Shown here: piece by piece, positions 1-64,000 of the stretch | How the letters are laid out: the number at the start of each line of letters is the position of its first letter | Numbering within the stretch: position 1 is the stretch's first letter | NCBI GenBank assembly: GCA_964106645.2 | Contig: OZ067051.1 | Strand: one strand, 5' to 3' | DNA length: 64,000 nucleotides | Origin: Podarcis pityusensis | Lineage: Eukaryota | The notes under the pieces: model-generated | What the model was told of the DNA's origin: nothing | What the model saw: the letters and a program-made list of their open reading frames with translations, nothing else | Databases searched by the model: none | Made by a program: the position numbers and the translations under genes

Positions 1-991
1 TGGAGGGCTGGCTTCTGTTGAAACCAAGATGCCCAAGGACTAGCTTGTTGGGTCAGAGGCAGAATGGCTATGGTGATAATCTCTTTATTCATTGCCTTAT
101 GCCAAGATGGTCTCAAGAAATAAGAAATAAAGTGCATACCAATATAAAAAGAAATTAACTTTTATTTCTTAGTGACAATGTGCAAGCCTTGACAGTAAAA
201 ACCACCCCACATATCTGGTGCAGGCAGTGTTGTATGAGCTGCTGCTTCTGATCTATTGGGTACCCCATGTGGAATGAGAATCCTCTGTGACTTGAATAGG
301 GAGGAGAGCCTAAAAGTGGCATGGACAAGGCAAGAAAATACTGGGCATCCTTCCAGGGTAACATCTATTTCAGAAGGGATGGGGTGACACAATAACTTGA
401 ATTGTGGGCCATCACTTGACTGTTGTTGATTTGATTAACAAAGTTTCATCACAATTCGTAGTATAATTGTATTTGGCAGCTATATTTATCAAAACGTATT
501 TTACCTGTATAGCACGAATCTTGTAGTTAATGCAATTTGCTTGGACTATTTTCCAATAGCTTGGTTTGATAGTTGTATCTCTAAAGAGGTGTTGGGCATA
601 ACTTCGGATAGGCTTGCACTGAAACTTAAGAAAAATGGGACATGGTTGCATCCAGTTGCTAATATTAACAGAAGGTGTTAAAAGCGACCTATAAGTGAAA
701 CAATGACTGCTTGTGCTGCACATTTTTCATCAAAGTCTTCATGGATATCATGAAGGATGTTTTTAGTGTATCTAATGTATTCTTCATAAATTAAGCACTA
801 TTGCACTCAACTTCCAGTAAAGCAGTCACATCAGTGCTATGAACAACCAGGAATGATATATAGTAGCACTTTTTTGGGGGGACAAAAAATAGGATGGCAA
901 GCAGTGGTTTTTATCTTTCAAATGACAGAACAATCTGAATTTATATTACAATAGCAATTATTTTAAAAGGTGTATATGTTGGCTATTGCAG

Positions 992-54487
<53,496 letters not shown>

Positions 54488-55618
54488 ACAGGAAGATAGC
54501 AGGTCAGTCTGGTTCAGCGAGGTCAGACATCCAGCAGAATCAACTCGGCCTCAGGCATCCATAGCAGCACCACAGTCGGTGGTGATGCCTTTCTGGGGCT
54601 TAATGTGAGGAAACCTAGGCAATCTCGGTGCACTGGGAAGTGAGTCCTGCAGAGTAGCTGCACTCAGGGATACGCTAAACACAATGGCCTGGAACCCCCA
54701 GGGTCAAGGGTGAAAGCTCACCGCCTGAACAACACGGCTGTCTTTCTGCTACAGAAGAACTGCAATCGTGTCGGGGGGAAACATAGCTGCAGAAAGGAAA
54801 TTGGGAATGCTACATACCGCAGAGTGATTTGGAACCCAGTTCCACCTGACCCTGTGAACAATCCAGGAGAAACCGAAACCGAAAAAAGGGGGCCGTGAAG
54901 AAATCGCAGCAAAGGAAGATTTGAGAGATTGAGTTTCTTGAGTCGCTCTTGTTGCTTGGCAACAGTGCTGGTTGAGTTGACCAGTTTGTGCAAAAAATGA
55001 ATAAATAAATGCTACATGAGAATGAACTTCAGAAATGGACTGAAAATGCAAAGAGCTGCATGTCAGCTGTGTTGGAAGAACCTCTTTGAGAAGAGAGAGC
55101 CTTTGTGTCTTTTTTTTTTTTTTTTTAAGTTCTTTCCCACTTCTGGTTTATTCTTGTTCTTTAGATGTATTTCTAATATGTTTTTATTTCAATCCTTGTA
55201 ATTTCACTGTTCAGTCAAATTAATCATTTCTTCTTTGTTTTTTGCAAACCAAATTTTCCAAAAGCACAGGGAACGCTGAACATTTAAGCAAATCTTTTGT
55301 GTTGGCTGATCAAACGCAAATGGTTGGAGTTTTGGTTCTTTTAAAGTGGTTTTTTGTGATTCTATCATGTACAGTTTCCCCAAATTCACTGTGCATTTCA
55401 AAGTAATGAATCTAACAGACATTTGGTTTTCATGTGCACCTCCCTCTGCTTGCAGTGTACGCTCCTTTTTGTAGTTCAAACCTTTTCCTCCAAAACACAT
55501 TCTACTGTGATTTTGCTGTAGTTTCTTTTGTAAATGTAGGTACTCCAATGTAATCTTTACCTTAAAAATGATTAGAATATCTAAGTAGACTCTTTTACAT
55601 TGTTGATGACAGAAAATC

Positions 55619-55624
55619 AATAAA
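55619..55624 (+). terminator. Candidate proximal polyadenylation signal AATAAA
   Basis: Hexamer followed by GT/T-rich sequence (GTAGTTTTATGCTGTTTG). Confidence 0.45.
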
Positions 55625-56798
55625 GTCAAGTTCTAGTGGAGGTAGTTTTATGCTGTTTGATTCATTTCAAATTTTGATTTACACTTGTAAATGTATAGTG
55701 TTTCAGTTCAATCTGGGAATTTAAAGATAGACATAAATACAAAGCTAAAGTGGACTATCTCTTTTTGTTCAAGCGAAATTGTACAAAGATTTGTGTGAAG
55801 TTACATTTCCATATGACTTCCAATAGGTGGTGTTCAGTTGTGAATTTCTCAGCAAGTTTTCCTAAACCTACCTTGCACTTTTGAACTATGGGTGTGACAA
55901 AAGTTGCTATTAAAACGGCACTTTAAATCAGTCTGTTTCCATATGTCCTCAGTGTTTTACTTGCCTGCTCACTAAAATCATTACATTAGGAACTTGTTTT
56001 AACTTTGCTTTAGGAAAGAACAGGCTGCTTCTTAACTCAGTTATCACTAATCGGTGTCATGTTTTGATAGGCACCACTTCCAAATTGAACTTGTGGGGCT
56101 ATGTGAACTTATTTAATTTGCTTTGAAAGCTGTTAAATGAGGACAAATCAAATGTTCCCATCACTTCCTCTTTAGTCTCTTAAGGATTTTAAAAACCTTT
56201 CCAACAGTTAATTTTTTTAATTGAGGCAGCCTATTTATCGGAGTTTGAGCTTTGGCCTTTGTTTTGAAGAGTTGCTATCAAATATATATTAAGGTCCAGC
56301 ACAAGAAGAAGCTAATTATTCCAGCGTTTTTATAATGTGGAAAAATTGTTTTGACTTCCTCAGAATATCTGATACAGAAGTGACTTGATACTGGTATCAG
56401 TCTTCCACATAGGCGCTAGCTATCTCACCTTTTAATTACCTGCCCTAGACATGTCATGTGCACTGCCTACATATTTACTAATGCTTGTGAGTAAATGCGT
56501 TCCAACTCAGTACTCTGGAACTTCGCTCTTAGCATTGCAAGAGTGAGAGGTTTGCTTTTCAGTAAAATTCAGTTAAGGCAAAATCCAAGCATTTGGTGAG
56601 TGTACCTTTATTTTCCTTGTACGAAACATCCTTAATGAGCAGTCTGTATCCAAATACGATTGGGATAAGATGGTAACATGTTTTTCTTTCCTTTGGGAAC
56701 CAGGGGTCAGGGCAGGCTGCTGCGCTTGTGATTCATGTATTATTATACCACACTATCCAGAAATGTGTATGGAGACGGGGGTCTTTACTGCATAATGT

Positions 56799-56804
56799 AA
56801 TAAA
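56799..56804 (+). terminator. Distal polyadenylation signal AATAAA
   Basis: Upstream TGTA, hexamer, then ~26 nt to a CA and a downstream TGTGTGG..TTTTCTTT element. Confidence 0.65.
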
Positions 56805-58179
56805 GCTCAAAAATCTATTTGTATTCTTCATTCCCTGTGTGGCATTCTTTTCTTTACTGCAGTAACATTCAAAGTTCTAGATCTCTAACTTGCAGTTAGC
56901 AGTGATCACAGTACCAAGCATGTGTAACCTCTGCAATTGTGGAAAAGGTTACCACCTCTTTCACAGAGGGGAATCAGCACAAGGAATAGATTTGAAAGCT
57001 GCAGCTAGTTGCCTGTCATGCATATAATCCACACAAATGTGTCTGAAGCAAAAGTTATTGTTTCACATTTAAGCAACCATTGTGCAACGACATCTGGAGG
57101 GCACCATGTTATTGGCAGCAAATCGCTGACAGCACAAAGTGGAAAAAATGAAGTGCATACCAAAGCAGGGGCTTCCCATGGTTTGCTTTGACTGAAGCAG
57201 GCAGGGAATATATTTTAGTAGGTTGCTTCTGTGTGTAATGAAACGTTTTTAATATATACTTTGATGCATTTTGAGCATGAGATCTTCAAGGGGATGCACG
57301 GAGAATTAACCACTGCAACATCCTGCAGAATCTAATTGGACGTTATTGTGATAGTTCACATTGATTCATTGGACTTAGGAATTCCTAACCACGCAAGATT
57401 TGCTCCTCTCTGCCGCTCCCCCCCCCCTCCAAATGGGAACATCAGAACCTGCCCCTTTTCATCTTCAGCCTTCACTATATTTGAAACTTCAGTGAGTTAT
57501 TCAGAGGAGTGTTGGAAGCTGTTGGGGGAGAAATGAGTTTAAAATCACCTTTGTTAGGATGTAGGTTTTTGCATTAGTTGGACTCCCAGATAAATGCACC
57601 TAGACTTCGCAGTCTGTCTCCTGCTGTTGTTCAAGCTTGCCCCTTTTATCCAGAAAATGTAGGGCTTTTGAATCAAACAAGTTGAATGTACTATATTATT
57701 CCTGGTCTTTTTTTCTTTTTTTAATTATGGCAATTCAGTTTACCAACATATGGTAGGTTACAGAAGTTGGGAAAGCATAGGTTTAGGATCAAACTAATAT
57801 TCAACACAGAAACAAATGGTAGTATATAAAATATGTGTGTGAGAGAAAGAGAATATTCTGGAAAGGCATTCTAGAGGCTCACCACAACTGCAAGCACTGG
57901 ATGGTTGCTACACCTTTCATTTGTGGGACCCTTCCCTCCCAGCTGTCACCTGGATCTGGCTCCATCACTTCCTTCTCTCTCGCCTGTAGTGGTAAAGACT
58001 ACCAGCCCTTTCCACATCCCTTCTAACTCTCCTCCGATCACTTCCAAACTGCAAGCCTCGTTTGATTCACAAAGGTACTTCCTTTAGTTTGACTCATACA
58101 GGTACTTCCTGCTGGCCTGCTCAGCACCAACACCTCAGGCCCTGGCTCTGCTCCGACTTGCCAAACCCCTTGCTCAGCT

Positions 58180-58320
58180 ATGGAACTCACTGGGTGACCT
58201 CAGGCCAGTCATTGCTTCTTCGCCTGGCCTACCTACCTCACAGGGTTGTTGTAAATAGGGAGAGGGACAACCCACATAGGCCACCTTGAGCTCCTTTGAG
58301 GAAAAATAAGAAATGTAATC
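58180..58320 (+). mobile_element. MIR/CORE-like SINE fragment
   Basis: CTGGGTGACCTCAGGCCAGTCA...CCTACCTCACAGGGTTGTTGT core; weaker similar copy at ~8205-8335. Confidence 0.55.
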
Positions 58321-58479
58321 AGTAATGCATAAAATAGACACTCATGGCAAAGACTCATTTATCCAGCTGGGAAAACCTGTGGGAACAACTCCCACAATCC
58401 CCCCATAAGGGGCCAGTTTGTTTCTATTTGGAAAGGCGCTAAGCAGTCCTTCCCCACCCCACTCCGGAATCCCCTCCAA

Positions 58480-59480
58480 AAACCCGTTAAACGGTTTCTG
58501 CTGCGGGACGTCAAAGGAACAACGCGACGTTTCTCCACCTCACGCGCCCGAAGTCACGACGAGAAGGAGGAGGGCGCTGATTGGTCCAAATTCAAAGGCG
58601 AACGGGCAGGGGGGCAGATGAGAGGGCGCTGGTTAGGGGAGTGAGATGGTCCTTATCCAATGGAAAGCGTCGAGGAGGCGGGATGGGCGGGGCCGCCGAG
58701 CTCATAAAAGGGGAAGGAGGGAGAGGCGGTGAAGGGTTTTTGTTCGCGAGGCCGACGGGGAAGCAGAAAGGAGGTGTCGCTTCGGAAGGGGGGCGTGGCC
58801 TGGAAGGCTAGGCGGAGGAGGCGGGGCTTAACCCGTGACGGTTTGCGAGGGGTGGGAGAGAAGGAGTCTGCAGAAAGCAGCTGTCTGGGCCGCACAAAAT
58901 GGCGGAGGGCGACAATAGGAGCACCAACCAGCTGGTGGGTGAGCGCTGATGCGAAGCACATTGGGTGGGCGGGGGGCGAGTTGAGGCCCTCACTTCCCTC
59001 AAGAAGTGGGAAGGAAGGAAGCGGGGGTGCTTCCTTGGGCTGTATCCTGCGAGGAGCGTCTGCGGAGGGGCGCTTGTTTTTACGCAGGAAGAGGGAGGGG
59101 CTGGCTCTTCTGTGCATGGAGATGCACGTCTTGCAAGGCTGCCATAGCGGCCTCTTCACCCCCACTCCCAGCCCCGCCATTCCTATTCTGCGTTATTTTA
59201 AAGTGGGGTGGGGGTGGGAGGTTTGCGCCATTTGTGTAGCTCTTCCTTTGAGGGGTGGAGGCAGCGAACTGCTTCATAGAGTAGAGGGGGCTGCAAGGGG
59301 CGAAGTGAGGAAACTTCGAAAGTATAACAGGCACACCAAATAATCTTATGGCGCTTTTCAAGACTTAGCTTGCTGCAATGCAGGGGGTTGGGCTGGATGA
59401 CCCTCGGCCCCCTTCCGACGCCACAATTCTGCGATTCTAAGACCCGCAGATTTTTGATGGCAGAAGCTTTTGTGGACTGA
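58480..59480 (+). promoter_or_regulatory. CpG island / ARL6IP1 promoter and start of first intron
   Basis: Sharp rise in GC and CpG. GACGTCA 58507, ATTGG 58580, TTCAAA 58591, CCAAT 58657, GC boxes 58685 and ~58820, YY1-like AAAATGGCGG over the ATG. Confidence 0.85.
58899..58934 (+). CDS. ARL6IP1: ARL6IP1 exon 1 (MAEGDNRSTNQL)
   Basis: Recognised ARL6IP1 N-terminus; Kozak AAAATGG; donor CTG|gtgggt. Confidence 0.93.
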
Positions 59481-61841
59481 AGGCTGCTTCGTCGGATGCA
59501 CGAAGTGGTTGTTTGATGGTGTGTGTATGAATATCTTCTTTCACACACACGTTACCTATCAGTATGTGTATATTTGTATTAACACTCACCTGTGTTTAAA
59601 TAGATATGTGTGTGTGTCTATATTATACACACACATACGGATGGATAATAACATTTAGTGCGTTTGATTAATGGGGTTTTAGCCTGTGAAGCTTCTGCCA
59701 CCATAAGCCTTAAAGGTGCCCCAAGGTTGTTTGTGTGTTGGCTGTATGAAACTGTCCTTCTGGAACTTAAATAACACCCCACGGTCTAGTCATGTTTACT
59801 CAGAATGAAGGCCGGAGTAAATTGGGTTTATTCCAAGGTAAATATGTCACCTCAAATTTCGCCTTTTGAGAGCTGTGGAAGGATCCAAAATCAGGAGAGA
59901 ACCCATTATATTTTGCTGATGCACAAGGTTATAGAAGCTGGCAGAGGCAGCAGTAGTGCTTTGTAGGAACGTGGGATCAGAATTGCAGAGCTGAAAGGCA
60001 AAATAGCCTTCTTACAAATGGGTAGGGATGGAGGCTTTTCTTCCCACCAAATAATACATTAAAAAATATTCTAGGCAAGCCATCTTGAAAAAGATCAGGT
60101 TTCATTTTCCGGTTTCTCCAGTAGGACTCTGCTATGTCATCTTTCTTTGTAGTATTAGAGACACACCTGGCCAGCCTGCTTATTGCTAATAGGAGCAGAA
60201 ATAAGCAGGGTGCTTTGTTTAGGCTGTCAAAGGAGCTGCAGCGCTTCAGGGATAGGTGGTTGAAAGTCAGGTGCACAGCACTGAGCATTGTGGTTGATGA
60301 ACAGAGGAGCACAGATACTGTGTGTGCCTTTTCTTTGAGTTTGAAATGCAGATCATTTGTACGTATCCACAGTGTTATCTGCTACATTTTTCACTATGTC
60401 ATATGCTTAGTATACCCTGCTTTTTGAGTTGAAGACAGTGCACTTGAGTCTCCCCCTGTTTTATAATGGCCCTATGCAGCCACTGAGGCTGTGTGCGCAT
60501 AGATGGCCCAATATAACTTGAGTGAACTTGATGGGAAGGAGAGATTTCAACCCAGGCAGAACAACAGTTTAGTTTGTCTTGTGACTGAATCATTTCAAAG
60601 ACATGAGTTAAGGGTATGTGTGTGTGTGATGGAATATTCACAGATCTAAGCTTCAAGGGAAGAGAGAAATGTTTAGAAACAAAATTTATTGGCTAGAACT
60701 CCCTATATCTTGCTGATCTAGAAGGCCATGTTAGGAAATGGACAGAAATTGAAGAACAGAAATTAGAATTCAAAATAAGGAAGCATTAAACATGCTAGAC
60801 TAGGAGGAGTTTTATACAGTGTGTGTAGACCTCAGTGGCAGGTCTCTCTCCCCCCCCCCCTTCATGGTTCATTATGAAAGTTTCACCTACGTACTATTCA
60901 CAAATCTTCAGTTTATGGTCCTGGGCTGAGACAGCAACCAGTACAAAACACAGCTGTGTAGGATGTCCAAAGTAACAGTTATTCAGAGTTGATTAAAATT
61001 TTGGTAAATCCAATTTTGCACACAGAACCTTGCATAACATTTAACACTGTTAGGATAATAAATAATGTAAAAACAGTTTAATTTCAAATATATATTGCTT
61101 GCAAAAAAAAGAAATTAAATATTTTGTTATATTGAGTTACTTTCTCATGCTGCCCAAGTTCAAGATCATAAGATTTGGGTTCTCCATAAGCCAGATAAAT
61201 TTTATCCTAATATCCAAGCTGGAATCAGAACAAGTCTCAAAATAACGTCCTGGAGCACAGTTTTCACAGAATGGTGCCATAACAATAAATGGCAGGTAGA
61301 ATAGCTCTTTGTTATGAAAAATCCTAACTACTGGATCTAGAGTTATCATTGTGGTTCTAGAAGAGGCTCCCGCTTGAGGAATGTGGGAAAGACAATTTCT
61401 GCCAATTTCCCCTTTCCCCTCTGACCTTAAGGAATCCCCAAACCTCTAGAGCAGCTTTTCATTGGCTGCAGGAGGAAGGAAGAATTGGTGTAAATTGCAT
61501 CCACAACCCTTTTGCTCTAGCCAGAGCATCCTGTTCTGCTCATGGGAACTCTGGATTGAAGTTTCAGTATGTAGAAATATATCCTAGGAATATGGCACTG
61601 TTCTCCTAGTTGGGAGTAACCAGATATTTTGTTGCATGATAGACATAAAGCTTCAAATTAAAAGGACCAGTTAAGAGGATGCAGACATAAAAAACTGAGT
61701 TATATTCTGTAAAGCAAAGTAAGGATAAAGCTGTTATATTGTCTAACATAAGATAGCCTACATGTCCAATGAAGCATATGCATTGTGTAAGCATTTTTCT
61801 GCCTGGGGCAATTACATATGTTAAAATGCTTTTATTCACAG

Positions 61842-61975
61842 GCTGCAGAGACAGCTAGCTTGGAAGAGCAGTTGCAAGGATGGGGTGAAGTGATTCTGGT
61901 GACAGACAAAATCCTTCGTTGGGAAAAACCATGGTTTCCACCTGCTATGATTGCTGTAGTTTCCTTCATCTTTCT
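61842..61975 (+). CDS. ARL6IP1: ARL6IP1 exon 2 (AAETASLEEQLQGWGEV...SFIF)
   Basis: cag|GCT...TCT|gtaagt; peptide matches ARL6IP1. Confidence 0.95.
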
Positions 61976-62458
61976 GTAAGTTATTGGAGAGAATGTTACA
62001 AAAAATAATAATGCTAAAGACAGTTAAGCTAGTAGTTACTTTCCTGAAATTCTCAGTACTGCTCTGCTGTATAAAAAGTACATGGGAAGTTTTATGCAGC
62101 TGGAAAAACAATGCTGCTATAAACAAACCAAATATATGTTCAAACCTGGGGGCATTCCTAGTCATTTTATTTCATAGAAGGGCCTATTAATTGGAAATGA
62201 TAGGGAAGAGCAACAACTTTTTATTCCTTCCAAACTTCCATTTTCTCTCTCCTTCCAACCTACTCTCCCATCGGTGATTATGCCATTGCAGAAACTAAAT
62301 TGAGGCATTATTTCTCAACCACTGGCTATGTTGGCTGGGGCTGATGGGAGTTGGGTACTTCAAAATAAAATTTGGAGGCTACTACTTCTCCACACCTCCT
62401 TTAATCACATTGTTAAATGTTTTGCCGCTAGATAACAACACTTTTCTTGCCCCAACAG

Positions 62459-62578
62459 GATGATCTACTACTTGGACCCATCTGTTCTTTCAGGTGTTTC
62501 TTGCTTTGTTATGCTGCTTTGTTTGGCTGACTACCTTGTACCTGCTCTTGCTCCTAGAATTTTTGGCTCCAGTAAATG
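62459..62578 (+). CDS. ARL6IP1: ARL6IP1 exon 3 (MIYYLDPSVLSG...FGSSK)
   Basis: cag|GATG...ATG|gtatgt; hydrophobic segment. Confidence 0.95.
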
Positions 62579-62728
62579 GTATGTTGTTCGACAGTCCCTT
62601 AAGTATAACATTTAGTAAGAATAGAATTGAACCAACATATATTCAGTGTTAACTATGTGCATCAGTCCTGAACAAAAATTGTTCTACCTAGTGTTCTGAC
62701 ATACCTAGTGTTGTTCTACTACCTAGAG

Positions 62729-62863
62729 CAGGCATAGGCAAACTCGGCCCTCCAGATGTTTTTGGGACTACAGTTCCCATCATCCCTGACCACTGGTCCT
62801 TTTAGCTAGGGATGATGAGAGTTGTAGTCCCAAAACATCTGGAGGGCCGTTTGCCTATGCCTG
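62729..62863. mobile_element. hAT-type palindromic MITE, same family
   Basis: TIR CAGGCATAGGCAAAC; 8-bp TSD ACCTAGAG. Confidence 0.9.
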
Positions 62864-63495
62864 ACCTAGAGCAACAATATCTGTGTATATTAAAGGTTCG
62901 GTTGTCTCTTTTTTCTGTTTGATACCTTTGCTTGTATAATTATGTTTAGACTACAAGGTCATTGAGGCAGGAACCTATCTTTTCCTCCTGTTCTCTTCCC
63001 CCTTATGTTACTCTCTACAGCACCATGCACATTGATAGTAGACTAAAAACAGAGCTGTAGCCTTTAAACCACTGGCTGTCATGGATTCTTGGGGTGTAAA
63101 TATATATAAAGATGTTGCCATCTAACTGAAAGTTTTGAGACAGCTGAAGAACCTCTTTGCTGGAAATGGTGATTTGCTGAATAGGACACAGATTTGCAGT
63201 TAATGGTAAATTCTTCATAATATCTGGTCATTCAGAACACATGTCAACTGCAAATTAATGCAAGTTTTAGTCCATTAAAATATATACGATCTTATTGATC
63301 ACCCTAACAGTGAATAGTTATAGTAGAGAATCAAAGAAATATATATTGTACATATATGAACGGGACATTAAAATGGCATCAAATTTTGAACTGGGTGGCG
63401 GGAGGTCGAGATGTTAATGGTTGCTCATGTGCAGTTTCTAAAGTGGAGGCGAGACCATAATATCAAGAGTTTTGTTCAAAATAATTTCTTTAAAG

Positions 63496-63613
63496 GACTA
63501 CTGAACAACAGCAGCGGTTCCATGAAATTTGTAGCAACCTGGTAAAAACACGGCGCGGAATTGTTGGTTGGTGGAAACGTCTTTTCACATTTAAGGAGGA
63601 AAAGCCTAAAATG
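63496..63613 (+). CDS. ARL6IP1: ARL6IP1 exon 4 (TTEQQQRFHEIC...EEKPKM); gene continues past window
   Basis: aag|GACT...ATG|gtaata. Confidence 0.95.
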
Positions 63614-64000
63614 GTAATATATGTGCTTCTCTGAAAATGTTTCATCCTTTTTGCAAATTGGATGTTGCTTTATAAATCCATTCTGCCTTACATATACAAA
63701 AACAAATGCTTTTGGTGACTGGCATGTATATTTGTTTTTTAAATGAAAATCCCCTTTTCTTACCTAAAATGAAAGTGCACACACCATCTGATCAGAGCTT
63801 TTTATGGTATCTTGATTTGAGTATTTGACACTCTCCCCCTCCTCCATTTTTGTTTCAGGCACTTTTTGGTTGTTGTTTTTTGCTTCATAGTCTCTAGGAC
63901 AGTTATTGTAGTGGTATGCAAATATATTCCTGTCTTCAATTTATAACATCGTCATAATGCATCCAGCAAGCCAATAACAATCTAAGCTAAGCTCCTAAAA

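Larger units (their letters stand above)
54488..56830 (+). other. SMG1: SMG1 3'UTR (approximate distal end)
   Basis: Follows the stop codon; AATAAA at 56799-56804 with a GT/T-rich tract after ~56830; no recognisable transposon within. Confidence 0.7.

Noticed and set aside
54568-54584. Iron-responsive element
   Set aside because: The loop reads CAGTCG rather than CAGTGH, and the geometry does not fit.
58653-59343. Long ORFs (204 aa on +, 175 aa on -) over the CpG island
   Set aside because: Expected in GC-rich sequence; the recognisable coding frame is the 12-codon ARL6IP1 exon 1.
63859-64000. ARL6IP1 exon 5 after TTTGTTTCAG
   Set aside because: The translation does not match the expected continuation and hits a stop; the exon presumably lies beyond the window.

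Overview
Vertebrate genomic DNA, most likely from a squamate (lacertid-like lizard, inferred from Sauria-type SINEs and reptile-type L2/MITE repeats). The + strand carries 58 consecutive GT-AG coding exons of SMG1, the PIKK-family kinase of nonsense-mediated decay (NMD), from 992 to the TGA at 54485-54487. They join in phase to 10,434 nt (3,477 codons plus stop); the most 5' exons lie before the window. A ~2.3 kb 3'UTR follows, then a CpG-island promoter and exons 1-4 of ARL6IP1 (58899-63613, continuing past the window). Introns hold L2 and L1/Tx1-type LINE fragments, SINEs, and hAT and Tc1/mariner MITEs, several with clear target-site duplications (TSDs). Top leads: (1) a candidate stop-containing poison micro-exon in SMG1 (9153-9183), a possible NMD self-regulation switch; (2) a nested multi-stem RNA structure just after the SMG1 stop; (3) a young antisense L1/Tx1 insertion next to the catalytic exon that supplies an in-frame cryptic acceptor; (4) a possible intron loss inside that exon. 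All comparisons to human sequence are from memory and need alignment.
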